Assembly (NCBI GenBank): GCA_051362555.1
Contig: CM120648.1
Coordinates: forward strand, 3,716,587-3,780,586
DNA: 64,000 nt
Source of the DNA: Lingula anatina
Taxonomy: Eukaryota; Animalia; Brachiopoda
Reading direction: 5' to 3'
The notes under the pieces were generated by a model that was not told the origin of the DNA, made no database searches, and worked only from the letters and a program-made list of their open reading frames with translations. A program made the position numbers and the translations under genes. Positions 51,576 through 64,000 of the stretch are shown piece after piece (position 1 is the first letter of the stretch; every line of letters begins with the position of its first letter).

Positions 51576-52239
51576 GTACCAAGTAATGTTGTTAGTCAGT
51601 TTTATGTTAAGTGATAGAATCGTATTCAGATGAATTCTGGATTTTTTTTATAATAATTTTATTTTGTGTTTGCTTGTTTTAGATTCCAAAGACTCTGATA
51701 CTAATCCGTAGTTCAAATATGTCACATCTTGGTACTAGTTATTTTATTTTTATGATCAGCCTTGGCATCAAGCCCCCTTAGCCTTTTTCAGGGGTGCATA
51801 TTACTTTTAAATGTCTTGCTAGTTTGACACTGTTTGTCATTCCTCAGGCATTTGCACCTGTGGGTCTCCGCCCTTTACTCGTATTTAAATAAAAATCATT
51901 CCCGTAGCATGTCAAGCACAGGTGATAGCATGTTAGCTGTTTGATGGTGTTGAAATCAGAACCCCTCTACCCGGATAATATGAAATATGAAGCTGTGTGT
52001 TCATGATTGTTTGTTCTTTGTTGGGAAATATTAAATGATGAGAAGATGTGTTTTAAATATAACACATTCAGTCCCTTCTTGAAATGATTTTATGAAGTTT
52101 GCACCTGTGTAAGTCATATTTACCAGATAATTTTGTTTTGTTCTTTTCCAACCCATTACAGCTAGACCCAACTTAATAATTGGCTATCATACCATTATTC
52201 AATAATCTTGTGACTTTTCTTTCCTTCCTTCTTGTTTAG

Positions 52240-52400
52240 TGATGAAAGGTGACAGAAAAAGACTAAAAGCAGAAAAACTGGACCTTCTCAGTCAAATGAA
52301 GCAGCTGTACGGCACTCTGGAAGATAAAGAGGCAGAATTGAGAGATTTTATCAGAAATTATGAGCAGAGGATGAAGGAAAGTGATGACACAATAAAACAG
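52240..52400 (+). CDS. KAZN: Kazrin conserved coiled-coil exon
   Basis: MKGDRKRLKAEKLDLLSQMKQLYGTLEDKEAELRDFIRNYEQ is the kazrin hallmark; phase 1-0. Confidence 0.95.
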
Positions 52401-52596
52401 GTAATGGATTTTGATAGAGGAACAGTTGTTGGGTTCAATTTTTGGCTGAAGTTTATTTAAGTTCAATAATGCAGTGATGTTTTAATGATATCATTCTACA
52501 TTATATCATTTTATTATATAGATTTCAGTGCACTACACAACTTAATTTTCTTAAAATACATCAATTATAGACACTATTTTTATATACTTGTTCCAG

Positions 52597-52743
52597 CTAA
52601 GCTCAGATAAGGATGAGATAGAAAGAGAAAAGTGGGAAATCTTAAAAAGAGCCAGAGATGCCACAGAACGATCAGTCAGCCTGCGACAGCAACTGGATGT
52701 CAAAGAAAAATACATAGAAAAACTGCAGAGGGAATTCCGAGAT
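52597..52743 (+). CDS. KAZN: Kazrin exon
   Basis: EREKWEILKRARDATERSVSLRQQLD; phase 0-0. Confidence 0.93.
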
Positions 52744-52958
52744 GTTAGTATTGATGATAATTACCAGTGAAAAAGAAGTGTATAACAATGTTTTGTTTAA
52801 AAGAGTTGCGATTGATGAATTGATGTTTTATAAAAAAAAATTAACCCTTAGATGAGAATTTATTTGTGTGGCACCAGTAAAGATGTTAAGTCTAAAAGCA
52901 AAGAATGAAAATAAACACGTCTTTCTTTTGATGATCTGCTTCAAACTTAAATCTGTAG

Positions 52959-53121
52959 ATGAAGGAGCAGCTATCAAAACACAACAAATTTGATGAAGCT
53001 GTGTTAGATCTAGACCCACCGCCTCCCTCCCTCCGTTCTCCCAGCACTGAAGAGCTGCCGCCATATCAAGAGTCGCCACCAAATTCTGGGAAAAGTTATG
53101 GAAGTGATTCACCTTTCTGTT
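52959..53121 (+). CDS. KAZN: Kazrin linker exon; absent from ORF track
   Basis: tctgtag acceptor, T|GTAAGT donor; phase 0-1 bridges the phase gap between neighbours; MKEQLSK...ELPPYQESPP. Confidence 0.8.
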
Positions 53122-53630
53122 GTAAGTAAATCTGATAATATGATATTTTTCAGTATTCTTTATGTGGTGTCAGTAATAAATTTAATAATTATAATAAATG
53201 CAGTCAGAAGGTGATCATCTTGGATGGCCATTTGCTAAGATCTTAAGCTTTTCACTAATTTTGTTTAAAAGCTTCTCATTGTATGATAAAATAAGCAAAG
53301 AATGATTCAGAAATGTAATAAATTATGTGCTTGTTAATATGCAGTCTGACCTCAATTTGACTAATAAATCCCTGAAAAATAGTTTCATAATATTGGAACT
53401 TTAGAAATTTATTGAATCTGAAAACTGTAGATTAGAGATGGTGATCAGCTTCATTTGTTGGCAGGTCTGAATGAGAGTCTAATAAAAACTCCAACCAGAG
53501 GCGAATCTTATTTTGAAATTCATTAATAGTTTTCATTTTGAAATATATCATAGTATTACCTAGCAGTAATGTTTAGTTTATTCAGTGCATCATCCAAACT
53601 GTTAGTCATGGTTTTCATTTTCATTTTCAG

Positions 53631-53828
53631 TGACTCCAACCCAGAGAAACTACACAGCAGACAAGATGTCCCCGATGTCGGACTTCAACTCCCTGGAGGA
53701 GATCTCGGAAGTTCAGGACCAGGAGGACGGGAAGAAGAAACGGAAAAAAAGTTTCAGCAGCAGTATATCCAAAGTGTTCTCTAGAAATCGCAATAGGAGG
53801 TCGATCAATAGTGACCCCAGGATAGAAG
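53631..53828 (+). CDS. KAZN: Kazrin exon with basic NLS-like stretch
   Basis: KKKRKKSFSSSISKVFSR; phase 1-1. Confidence 0.9.
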
Positions 53829-54055
53829 GTAGGGAGATGTGTATAAGGGCTTATTCCCAATGAGACTATCACATTATGTAGCTGAATCGAAGCCCACGAG
53901 GACTCTTACTGAAAACAATCAGATTAACATGCCTTCCTCTTAAAATTTATCATTATTCAAAATTAAAAGGAATGTTAACTGATAAATGTTTATTTTATTT
54001 ATTTATTTTATTTATTTATTTATTATATATATATATTTTTTTTTTGTTTGTCCAG

Positions 54056-54270
54056 ACTGTGAGAGTAACCTGAGTTCCCACTCTGACAGCAATCCTCACC
54101 TGTCTCAACTCAACCAGGAGAACTATGAGGAGAAATTGTGTTTGGTTGAGAAATGCTCCTCTACCGCAATGTCCCAGTGGAAAGCTCCAGAGGTGCTGGC
54201 TTGGCTGGAGATCACTATGTCCCTGCCTATGTATGGCAAGATGTGTGTGGAGAATGTAAAAAGTGGAAAG
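54056..54270 (+). CDS. KAZN: Kazrin SAM1 N-part
   Basis: MSQWKAPEVLAWLEITMSLPMYGKMCVENVKSGK; phase 1-0. Confidence 0.95.
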
Positions 54271-54606
54271 GTGGGGTTTTTTTTAATGTTTGGATTTATA
54301 TTTATTGAATTTGTGGTGAATTTGTGGTCAAATGTGTTCCTATTCTATCCACATGATTTATAAACTTAAGTGAAACCCAGCAAGGCTTGTTGTGTTTCAA
54401 TAGCCACCATTGGATAAAATAAATAAATAATTTATTCAGGAACATTGTAACCAGAACACTGAGGTGGCCAGTTTTTTCACCTTCACCTTAGCTTAAAAAA
54501 AAAGAACAGGCAGTGCATATATGCTTATCTGACCATGGGATACAATCTATTTAATAAAAGCTTTTCTGAAGCATTTTAAAATATTTTCTTTGGTATGTTT
54601 TTTCAG

Positions 54607-54719
54607 GTGCTTTTAGGTCTCAGTGATTCAGAATTGGAGTCGGCTCTAGGTATAACTCATTCCTTTCACAGACGCAAACTACGACTTGCCATTGAAGAAC
54701 AAAGAGACCCGACTTCTTG
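54607..54719 (+). CDS. KAZN: Kazrin SAM1 C-part; absent from ORF track
   Basis: VLLGLSDSELESALGITHSFHRRKLRLAIEEQRD; phase 0-2. Confidence 0.95.
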
Positions 54720-55025
54720 GTGAGTTTGCTCGACATGACAGATTTTAAATTTATTTCATTTTATTTTGTTTTATTTAAAATTTGCAATGTTTTGCTTTAT
54801 TTATTTATGAATTTTTATTTACCTATTTCATCATAAAGTTAAAAAACTAGAAAGCATCACTTTATCACCTGTATTCATATGATGTTTTGTTCAATTTTTT
54901 TAATAAAAAAATTACCGAAACAACTGGTACAAGTAGAGAATCAGTCACTCAAATCAACACCACAGCATCATCAAAAAGTTAAGATAATATGAATGAAAGT
55001 AATTTCTCTTGTCTTTTATTTTCAG

Positions 55026-55260
55026 TAAATACCCCAAGGCCAGATATGTGGACCACACCTGGGTGGCCCATAGATGGATCCATGACATAGGATTAGGACA
55101 GTACCAAACTAACTTAGAATCAAATCTCATAGATGGCAGGATGCTGAACGTTCTTACCAAAAAAGACTTAGAAAAACACCTAAATATCCACAGAAAGTTC
55201 CACCAGTGCAGTATGTTACATGGGATAGAGCTGCTGAGGAGGGTGCATTTTGATAAAGAT
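55026..55260 (+). CDS. KAZN: Kazrin SAM2
   Basis: DHTWVAHRWIHDIGLGQY...IDGRMLNVLTKKDLEKHLNIHRKFHQCSMLHGIELL; phase 2-0. Confidence 0.95.
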
Positions 55261-55469
55261 GTAAGAAAATGACTTAACTTACTATTAATTTTATTGGATA
55301 ATATAATATAATATTGGATAATATAATAATATAATATAATATAACATAATATAATATAATATAATATATTTTTATCCCTTTCCCATTTTTAGTCGTAAGA
55401 GAGCCTATCAATGTTAAAACATTCTTGTGCTCAGTAAAATTATTTATATATTTTCTGTCTCCTGTTCAG

Positions 55470-55571
55470 TTGCTGTCTGACAGAAGATCTCAGTGTGAGA
55501 CAGTGGACTGTGATCCCCTAGTCTGGACCACTGAGAGGGTGGCCAGGTGGATTAAAAATATTGATCTCCAG
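55470..55571 (+). CDS. KAZN: Kazrin SAM3 N-part
   Basis: RRSQCETVDCDPLVWTTERVARWIKNIDLQ; phase 0-0. Confidence 0.95.
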
Positions 55572-55977
55572 GTGAGATATAGTTATTCCCCTTCAAAATT
55601 AGTGTAAGAATAAATGAAAAATTACATTTATTGCTATGTTTGATAATTACTTAATTTACTTAGTCACCCATATGACTCGTGATAAGGGCATTGATCATGA
55701 ACTGCTTTCAGGTATCATATGCGTAGAACATGATTGGAAATGACGTAATTATTAAAAGTTTTTTGCAGTTGTGGGTTTGATATTGATTTCTTGGTGAGAC
55801 AAACAGGCGTATGATCTGAAGTTGGGGGGGGGGGAGGGCTTCAATTTTTACCATAATGTAAAAATGTGACACATGTCGCATTGTCTTTTTGAAAAGAAAT
55901 GAGTTACTCAAATGCTAAATCTTGCAGGGAAGGGGGGTTTACAGGATTTTCATGATTCTGTTGTGTTTCAATTCCAG

Positions 55978-56144
55978 GAGTACGCAGATAATTTAAAAGA
56001 TAGCGGTGTTCATGGTGCTCTAATGGTGCTGGAACCTTCGTTTAATGCAGAGGCCATGGCAGCAGCTCTTGGGATACCAGTTTCCAAGTCCTACATAAGG
56101 AGGCATTTGGCATCAGAGATGAATGTTCTCATTAAACCGGCCAG
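55978..56144 (+). CDS. KAZN: Kazrin SAM3 C-part
   Basis: EYADNLKDSGVHGALMVLEPSFNAEAMAAALGIPVSKSYIRRHL; phase 0-2. Confidence 0.95.
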
Positions 56145-57372
56145 GTGAGATTTCAGCTAGCATACTGTGTAGTGTGGTCGGTGTTTAATAACATTCTGGC
56201 AGCATCAACATATTAACAATGTTGTTTAAGCTTTTGTTAATAATTTAAATTACTGTGTCTGGCTTTGTGTGTCTCACTTTCTTTGTAAAACTTTGTATAA
56301 TGAGGAGTGCCCTGAGTGCTTAATGTGTGTGCTAATTTATTAATAATGAATTAATTAATTAGTTTATTTATTTCTTTATTTTTTGCCTTAGGGCATTGGT
56401 TTATATTTATGGTTTGAGTTTGCTTTTGATTTAAATTTTTTCGTGTGTGTGTGTGTGTGTGTGTGTATTGCCTGTTTTTCCTTAGATGAAATTCATAGTT
56501 TTCTTAGAAATGCCCAAATGTTAATTAGCATGGAAAATGTGAGTGCACATGTATGTGTTCAGTGTCCTGTTTTTCTTTTTTCTTTAACATTGGAGTCAAC
56601 ACATTGTATATATTTTCATGGTCTGTGCCTTTCTGGTGCTGGAGCAAGTGACGGAGCTGTGAACATTTGTTATAACTGCAATAACTGGGAATCAATGTCT
56701 TTATTTTGCTTAATTTATACATACATGGGTCTCTCATTGTTCTAGATTGCAGATTTAGTTCCAAAATGAGATTTTTTTGTGCTACGAATCTGACTGAGGC
56801 AATGCAGCTTGGCTGGGGAATGAGCTGACACCCCCCCTCCCCCCACCACTACAGCCACAATTATATGTATTTTTAAATACATGTGAAAATATACTGTTTC
56901 TTGCTGTGCATGCCATGGTTGATAATGCTTTTATATTTTCCTTTTTTTATTTGGTTTGAGCTGGAAATCCAGAGGGATATTTATAGATACATCTGTGTCA
57001 CTGTTTTCCGTTTTACTAGTAGCATGTCATTTGCTTGTTAGAAATTTGAGCTCACAACTTTGAAATTTCAGGGCAGATGCAACATGACCAGCAAACTTTT
57101 TTGCAGTATTGGTCTCATGGATTCTGAATGAATTTGACATGACATCTCAGCATATCTAAAAAAAAAAAGAAAATGTGCAGTTTTATCACTATTGAGCATG
57201 GATGTCTTAATTCACTGTTCTTTCTCACAAAGTAATTTTGTATGTATGAAAATTTATGAGTTGGAGTATAAATTTGTTGTTAAGTGTAATAGCACCAGTT
57301 TTTGCTCTTTTGGAAGGTGTGTGTTTCTCTTTCAACACATTTCTATGTAGTGGCACTGTTTAATCTTTATAG

Positions 57373-57444
57373 CACTGATATCAGACCTCCACACATGTAC
57401 GCTTCGCTGTTTGACCTACGACCTAAACGATGGACCTTCTTCAG
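57373..57444 (+). CDS. KAZN: Putative 72-nt cassette exon of kazrin (TDIRPPHMYASLFDLRPKRWTFF)
   Basis: tctttatag acceptor, CAG|GTAAAG donor, phase 2-2, open frame, CpG-containing island in an AT-rich intron. Confidence 0.6.
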
Positions 57445-58685
57445 GTAAAGGTATCACATAAATGACCTTCAAAGGTCATAAAGTGATCTACAGAAGTTCA
57501 AGGTCACAAAGGACATGAGAACAAATGTATTAAAAACATTGATGTATTTCTGTTGCTATTAAAGATTAAAGTAATTGGTCTGCTGATGTTCTTATAAAGA
57601 GTCATTTTTAAATGGTCCTGCATGTTTTTAGATGTACTTCAAAATTACAGAGAAAGAAAGCGAAATTTTCCTGTGGCATGTTTTATACCTCTCATGATAA
57701 AAAATGACTATTAATTACAAAGTTAAATTAATAAAGTGTTTTATTTATATATTTATTTATATATTTATTTATTTATTTGTTTATGTACAAAATGATGTAC
57801 CTTGCATGAAATATCATCCATCGGTAGTCACAATTTGCACCATTTATCCAAGCATGATTTATTTCCCAATGCTAAACTATTTTATTTCAGGCTTTTTAAA
57901 TGTTACATGATTCTTTTCAGCATTACCTCCTTGAAATATGTTATATTCTTCTTCATTATTTCTATCCAAATTAACTGTAAATTGTACCTTGTCATGCATT
58001 ATTGAATTATGAAGAATGAAAATGAAATGTATCACTGATTCTTAGGTTTTGTTTTGCATGTGTATAATAACATGATATTGCCTATTTAATTTAAGCATGT
58101 TCAGGCAAGCATGTTTCAGTTAAGTTTGCTTTTAGCATGAAGAATCTTTTCCAGTAACATATTTCTCCTTTTCGTGATATCTCTATTTTCTATTTGCTAT
58201 AATTTTTTATTTCTAAAAAACCCCTAAATTAATTTTGTTCTTTTTCATAACATGTAAGTTTTCAATTAAAAAACATGAATTAATATGAAACTAATGATTT
58301 ATATGGAATGATGTTAAGATACAAATAAGTAAAACCTAATACTTATACAGGCTTGTTCCTGTATGTGTATACATATCATTATTTTATTTATTTATTTATT
58401 TTGTTTTTGTTGTTGTTGTTGTTGTTTTCTTCGAGGTGACATACATTTTAAGGCAAATGTCTCATTTTGGGGTCTTTAAAGGAATAAAAGAACAACTTCT
58501 AGTGTTTTACAATCATTATCTGCATAATTTGATCACCTCTGAGTATAACCAGAAAAGCAAGGGTTACCAGTCATATATCTCTAGTGCCAGTGTAGATCTG
58601 GGACAAGGATTTGAAATATCACTTAACATAAATAAATATTTTCTTTTGATGAAAACACATTATATTGTTCCATATTTAATTCCAG

Positions 58686-58812
58686 AACTGCACTGGAAGC
58701 AAGCAATGCCAGTAAAAAGAAAACAGCAGGAGGATCGCTCGGGCGAAGTTTTGAGAGATCTTTCCTTGGTCCTGGTGAAGATGGTGAGCAAAGGAAAAAG
58801 CCAACATTCAGG
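58686..58812 (+). CDS. KAZN: Kazrin penultimate exon
   Basis: ttccag acceptor, AGG|GTAAGA donor, phase 2-0; TALEASNASKKKTAGGSLGRSFERSF...KPTFR. Confidence 0.8.
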
Positions 58813-58982
58813 GTAAGATTATTGGAGGTAGTGAAGCACATGTTGCATTGAAATATTTTTACGTAAATGTTTTGATGATAGAAATGGGTGGCTGCGGATT
58901 TATACTCCATTCCTATGATAAAAGTGGCACTTAAACTGTTGTTTTTACCTTGATGGAAAATTTAAACCATATCCTAAGAGAC

Positions 58983-59136
58983 CAAGACTCCGTAACTCAA
59001 AAGCAATGCGAATTGCGACCGAGCGCAAGCATGTTTATTCCATAAATCGGAATTTACTCGCCCCAAATAGGCCCTAATAGCCTCGAAATGAAAGGTGATT
59101 CACAATCCGCGATGCTTTCTAGTTACGGAGCTCAAG
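58983..59136. mobile_element. Short foldback MITE, superfamily unassigned
   Basis: CTCCGTAACTCAAAAGCAATGCGAATTGCGA pairs with TCACAATCCGCGATGCTTTCTAGTTACGGAG; CpGs retained. Confidence 0.7.
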
Positions 59137-59348
59137 TCAGTTTTTACCCATGAGTCCTGACATTCCGACCCTTCATGAAGTGGGGCCTGGACCACATGAC
59201 TGATTTCTTTGATAAAATGCATGTACAGACATCATGCCCCATTAGTAAATTAAACTTGTTTAGTCTCTTTTGAAACAATTTTCACTTTTTTACCATTTTT
59301 TCACTAGAGACAATGAAAATTCAGTGTCACCACATTTTTACCTTGCAG

Positions 59349-59471
59349 GGATCTTTGGGTAGAGCCCTAGGGAGGAAAATGAAGAATGACATCCAACAGC
59401 AGACAAGCAGATCTAGCCTCAGTTCTTCTCACAGGTCAAAAAGTATAGAAATGGAAAGTACCCCTGTGTAG
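59349..59471 (+). CDS. KAZN: Kazrin terminal exon ending in class I PDZ-binding motif
   Basis: ccttgcag acceptor, phase 0; GSLGRALGRK...IEMESTPV then TAG. Confidence 0.85.
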   Translation, partial: GSLGRALGRKMKNDIQQQTSRSSLSSSHRSKSIEMESTPV

Positions 59472-61122
59472 CTATTTGTGAACCCCAAAAAATCTGAGTA
59501 CTCCCTTGTAAACAGGATGGCTAACTCCGTACAATACTGGACGATGTCTCATTTGCAAACACGCAAGAAAATGGTAATCTGGATTTTTATGATGGAAGCC
59601 ATGACCATTTACTATAGGGCTGAAATTGCAGAGCTTTTACTTTTATCTTCAGTGAAAATAAAGACAGGCCACAGTTGTACAGAAAGCAAACCACAACATT
59701 TTATATTTCAGAGTAAATGCACATTCACATTGGATATTGAGATTTATCTGAATACATCAACAGTAACTATTCAAAAATTAAACTGTGACATTCCAAGCTT
59801 TGAGGCTACTTTTACATTTTCACAGTGGGCGTACAGTGGAAGGCATCATTTGACTAGCAACTGCCATGTCTTGATTATCTAAAGAAGAACTACTGAAAAC
59901 TTGGAGAGAAAATGGGTCATTCTTATGAGACACTTCAACACTGGATGCTTAAAATTTGTCCAAAGGTTGTAACTTGTAAAGCTTCAAATAGATTTGAAAT
60001 AAAGCACTGACAAATTAAGGAAGTTGGGGGGTTCATTAAAACCAAAAAATAAAATACAGGTCATGTCAGTGTTGTCTAATTGTTCTTATCTGTTGTAATT
60101 AATTAATTGCAGGGAGGTTCAGGGTAAAAGTGCCCATCCCAGTCCCCCTCCCCTCCCCCCCCCCTCCCCCCCAATTAAGAATCTGGTCTTGCCATTACAT
60201 TTGACTTGTTACTCATCTCAATAACATACAAGTCGTGTCATATTGCTATCTCGACAACAGAATTTTGCTAGACTGTAAATTGAGAACAAAATTTAGTTTT
60301 ACATGTTGTATATTTATTTTAGTGGATATTTTTAAATCTTAATTTAAAGTGTATATTATTCTGAATATCTCTAGATTTGAATTATATCAGGGATACAGTA
60401 GATAATATAATTATATTAAATGGTGTTTTAGGTTGTGTGCTTAATGTTATGTCATATACCTGCCAATAGTTGCTTAAAATATGATTTATTTAGAGAAATT
60501 AAGCTCTGGAAAGGATATTTTGAATTTAATGTAAGAAAGAGTGAAAAGGGTTTGAATTTTTTATGTTTACAAATTCAAATGAACAGTTGGCATGTGTTGA
60601 TTTTTCTCTGAACCTTGATAAGTAATGGTGTTTTTTCAGAAGCTTGAATAAATATTAAACTTTTCATCAACTAAAATGAGTATTCATTTGAATTTGTTCA
60701 TTAGCCAAGATTGCAGTTAAAGCTCCATTCATTCAATCCATTTAACATCAATTTATGGCTTTATTTTCATAGTTTTATTTTAAACAAGTGCACACTCTTT
60801 ACCCTTATTTTTGAATGAAACTTGAATATAATCATAAGGCCAAAATGCATATTTATTGCCTAGTAGATTGTAGAAGATTTCACCATGGAACTTTAGGGTG
60901 AAATTTCAACAGCTTTCTGTTGTTTGTACTTGTGAAAAGATAGGCATGTTCACTCTGATTTTCAGGGTGGGCAGTATTGATAGGCTGGTGATTTTAAAAA
61001 CAACCTTGTGTATGTCAAAGGATATGACTTAGGGTAGAAACTTGTTATTATCAAGTGAGTTGTATTTTATGTATCAGTTGTGATCTGTATGTTTTTGTAT
61101 GGATAGAGAGAGGAGATGTAAG

Positions 61123-61128
61123 AATAAA
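61123..61128 (+). terminator. Candidate distal poly(A) signal of kazrin
   Basis: AATAAA near the end of a T/G-rich UTR-like tract; alternatives near 59998 and 60647. Confidence 0.35.
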
Positions 61129-61971
61129 AAACATTTTATGGATTTATCATTTGATCTTTTCTTAATTCCCAAGACATTGATTTCAGAAAAAATGCCAATT
61201 TTTTACTTCTAAATGAAGTCTCTTTTGGTGAATAATAAGCATTGTACAAGTAATTTAATTTTAGATTTCATTTTTTAAACTGCAGGAGTTTTAAAAGAAC
61301 TACATCAAAAATTAATCTAGAAGACTGGTTTTGGATGAATGAACAATTTTAAGTAGATATTTTGCATGAAAAGAATTATTTTTTGGGTGTTATTTATTTT
61401 GTGTCTTTTCTCATGTAATTATCAGCCAAGATCAATTTGAGAATATGTTTTTATCACAAAAAATATCTGATAAAAATAATTTTCATGAATGGTACTCAAT
61501 CTAACTCAAATAGCTTTAAAACATAAATAAAACATAAATGTAAAAATGTAAATCGCTATAAAGGTGAAACCATTCAAAATCGGATTTATTTGTCTCATGT
61601 TGGACAACAAGTATTTACTGCAGCAGGAATACGCACTTTTATTTGCAATAAGCTGAAGCACATTTTACAGCAAAAACTATGACATGTTAGAAATAATAAC
61701 ATAATGCTAGCTTAACTTATTCCATCATAAATTATTTTGAAAAACACTTCTGGTATGTTGAGATATAAAAAAAAAGATAACATTAACCTAATGTTACAGC
61801 TGCCATAAAACACAAAAAAAGCTTCACATAATAATTTCTCTTGTTAATTCATTCTCCATGTTACGTTTCAGTTAACTGGGTATTGACACTTACAGCTAAA
61901 CTATAAGTGAGTACCTACATGAATAAAGAAGGTGCACCCAGAGAAAAATTACTAGAAAAAATCTAAATGAA

Positions 61972-62061
61972 AAACTAAATGCATAACTCATTCTGTCTTT
62001 ACATCCTCAAGATGTCAAACTAAATGCATAATGCTATCTGTCTTTACATCTTCAAGATGTC
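61972..62061. repeat. 45-bp tandem duplication
   Basis: AAACTAAATGCATAA..TCTGTCTTTACATC(C/T)TCAAGATGTC x2. Confidence 0.85.
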
Positions 62062-62859
62062 AGCTGACCAGCAGCATTAGATAATTGTTACAGTATCAAT
62101 ATATTTGATATAAACATAAGAATATAGTTTAAAAGTAATTTTGACTTTCAATCCTTTTAAATATTTTTCTTTAAGTTTGCAACTATAGTTTTTCTTTCCC
62201 CCGAAAATAAAAAATAAAAAATCACCTTGCGTTTCATTTTGGTGATTATTAGTTACAGCTGGGTTCTATTGAGAATTATTCTGAAACCTTTAAAGTCTAC
62301 ATACAACTTAAGGTGTGAAGAATCATCCACAATATAACAAAAAAGTAGCAGCACTGTTCCATAATATTAAAAGAGGAATCGAAAGATATTCGAAATGTAC
62401 GCAGATGTTCCTCCTTGCTATATGGACACAATGCTGAACTTTTGGAGAAAACCCTAAGTTAATTAATCCCAAAAGAAGTAAAATTTCTCTCCAGGCACTG
62501 CTGAATGTAAGATCTCTGAAAGAACTGATGGCGATGACAAAAATCAAATATTTAAGTTATCAAGGTAAAGGGTGGTTGTGGAGTCATACTTAATTTTGAC
62601 TCCTCTTTCTCCCCCTTATCCAAAAAAATTATCAAATGGGCTTGGAGTGTACAATTTCTCTTCTTTTGGGAATGGCTGAATATGCCATTATGATATTGTG
62701 TTGCAAAACTACACCTCTTTTGCAAACAGTAATCATTAGTTTAAGTACGTAGCTGGATACACAGATGTACCATTAATTAATGCTAATAACATTTTTTTAA
62801 AAAGTATCTTTACAGATACCCCCAAGAAACAAAACGGGTATCCAATAAGTGATACAGCG

Positions 62860-62900
<41 letters not shown>
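62860..62900. repeat. (AAT)n microsatellite
   Basis: Trinucleotide run. Confidence 0.95.
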
Positions 62901-62902
<2 letters not shown>

Positions 62903-64000
62903 AAGGTAAAATAATTTAATGGCATTTACAACTATTATAATATACTATTATTATGTAAGCTGGGTTTGTTAACAAGTGTTTTCCTACCAATCTTGGACGG
63001 TGTCAAATTCTCTTTGGTCCTTCACTTTTTCTTAATAAAAAGCACACCTACAGAAACAATTGGTCCCTTATTTGAAGAAATAAAATAGATCACATAGAAA
63101 ATGATAAAACTTTGATCCAATTGTAATGGCTGGATAATATGTAAACAAGTTAATATAATATCACAATAAATGTGTTTTCCTATACACACTTCTGGGACGG
63201 ATAGGCACAATAGACCACGGAATGAAGATTGTACATCACACTGGTGAATCATTATTTACTGGAAAGGAGTGAGTGAACAGCAAAAGAAGCCCCCTCCCCC
63301 CCCCCCCCCCCCCACCCCCAAGCCAAGAAGATGAGGTTCAGATTAACTACTAATAATGCCACACAGCATTTCTGACCTATTAAATATTTTGTGTAACTCA
63401 ATGCTAAAACAAGAGTGATCAATGAAAAAGGTGAGTGTCAAGATTTTGTCCAGCAGTTGAAGGGACTGGGTCTCAACTGGTAGTTCATAAAAATCATATT
63501 CATATGCTTGTCTTTGAGTGTTTTTTTTTTCTTTTGGTAAAAAAAATGTTATTAAATGATGTGGCAAAAATTCAAAAGGCCATTAAAATAGTTTCACACA
63601 AAACCTGTAAAAATTCAAGAGTTAACTGTTCAAAAACCTGCTACAAGTAATAAAACAGTTCTATTGATTAGAAAACTGTTTGCTTTGAGTGGCAGTTTCA
63701 TCATGATTCACTGTGATTGTCTGAGATTCACTCTGCGCCTAAGTCTTCATCGAACTATTATACTGCAAATAACAGATAAGCAGTGTAAACTTACAGACCA
63801 GTTCAGGAGGAGAAAGCTTTCTATTTGTTTTATGACTCATAGTTATGCTGAGTCTTAGCATGATGCCACAATGCCTTTCATACAAACTATGAATTTTCCA
63901 TCTTTTCAAATGAAATATGGACAAATCCTACTTATTTTGTCAGTTAATGCATTTCCTATTGATGGGGGAGAGGCGGGGGGGGGGGGGGGGGGGGGGGGGA

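Noticed and set aside
53569-53784. 71-aa ORF overlapping a kazrin exon
   Set aside because: Alternative frame; splice phases select the KKKRKK frame
58436-58816. 126-aa ORF
   Set aside because: Mostly intronic; the phase-2 acceptor at 58686 uses a different frame
59478-59882. 134-aa ORF just after the kazrin stop (possible readthrough)
   Set aside because: In frame with the stop, but GTG start, TAG-C is not the leakiest context, no recognisable domain, and readthrough would mask the PDZ ligand; ribosome profiling would be needed

Overview
AT-rich, CpG-depleted, microsatellite-rich animal genomic DNA (probably an invertebrate bilaterian; the species cannot be read from the sequence). Two + strand spliced genes can be rebuilt from GT-AG junctions with consistent phases. 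(1) 178-7347 is the 3' part of a type I membrane protein with at least five CUB domains, a TM helix and a proline-rich tail carrying NPxY and PPxY motifs; its 5' end is outside the window. (2) A kazrin / liprin-gamma orthologue (coiled coil, 3 SAM domains, C-terminal STPV) has core exons at 49717-59471, a candidate start exon at 17329-17407 across a ~32 kb intron, and a CpG-rich candidate promoter at ~9.7-10.0 kb. Introns hold many short non-autonomous DNA elements (PIF/Harbinger-, Kolobok-, Tc1/mariner- and Helentron-like, plus CAG(G)-ended elements). Most notable: alternating cysteine-free and single-disulfide CUB modules, a CAGG-ended element family with target duplications of different lengths, a MITE nested in a relative, and a 72-nt cassette exon in a GCATG (Rbfox-motif) cluster. 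I found no prokaryote-type system, CRISPR array, rRNA or tRNA. All gene models are manual and lack transcript support.
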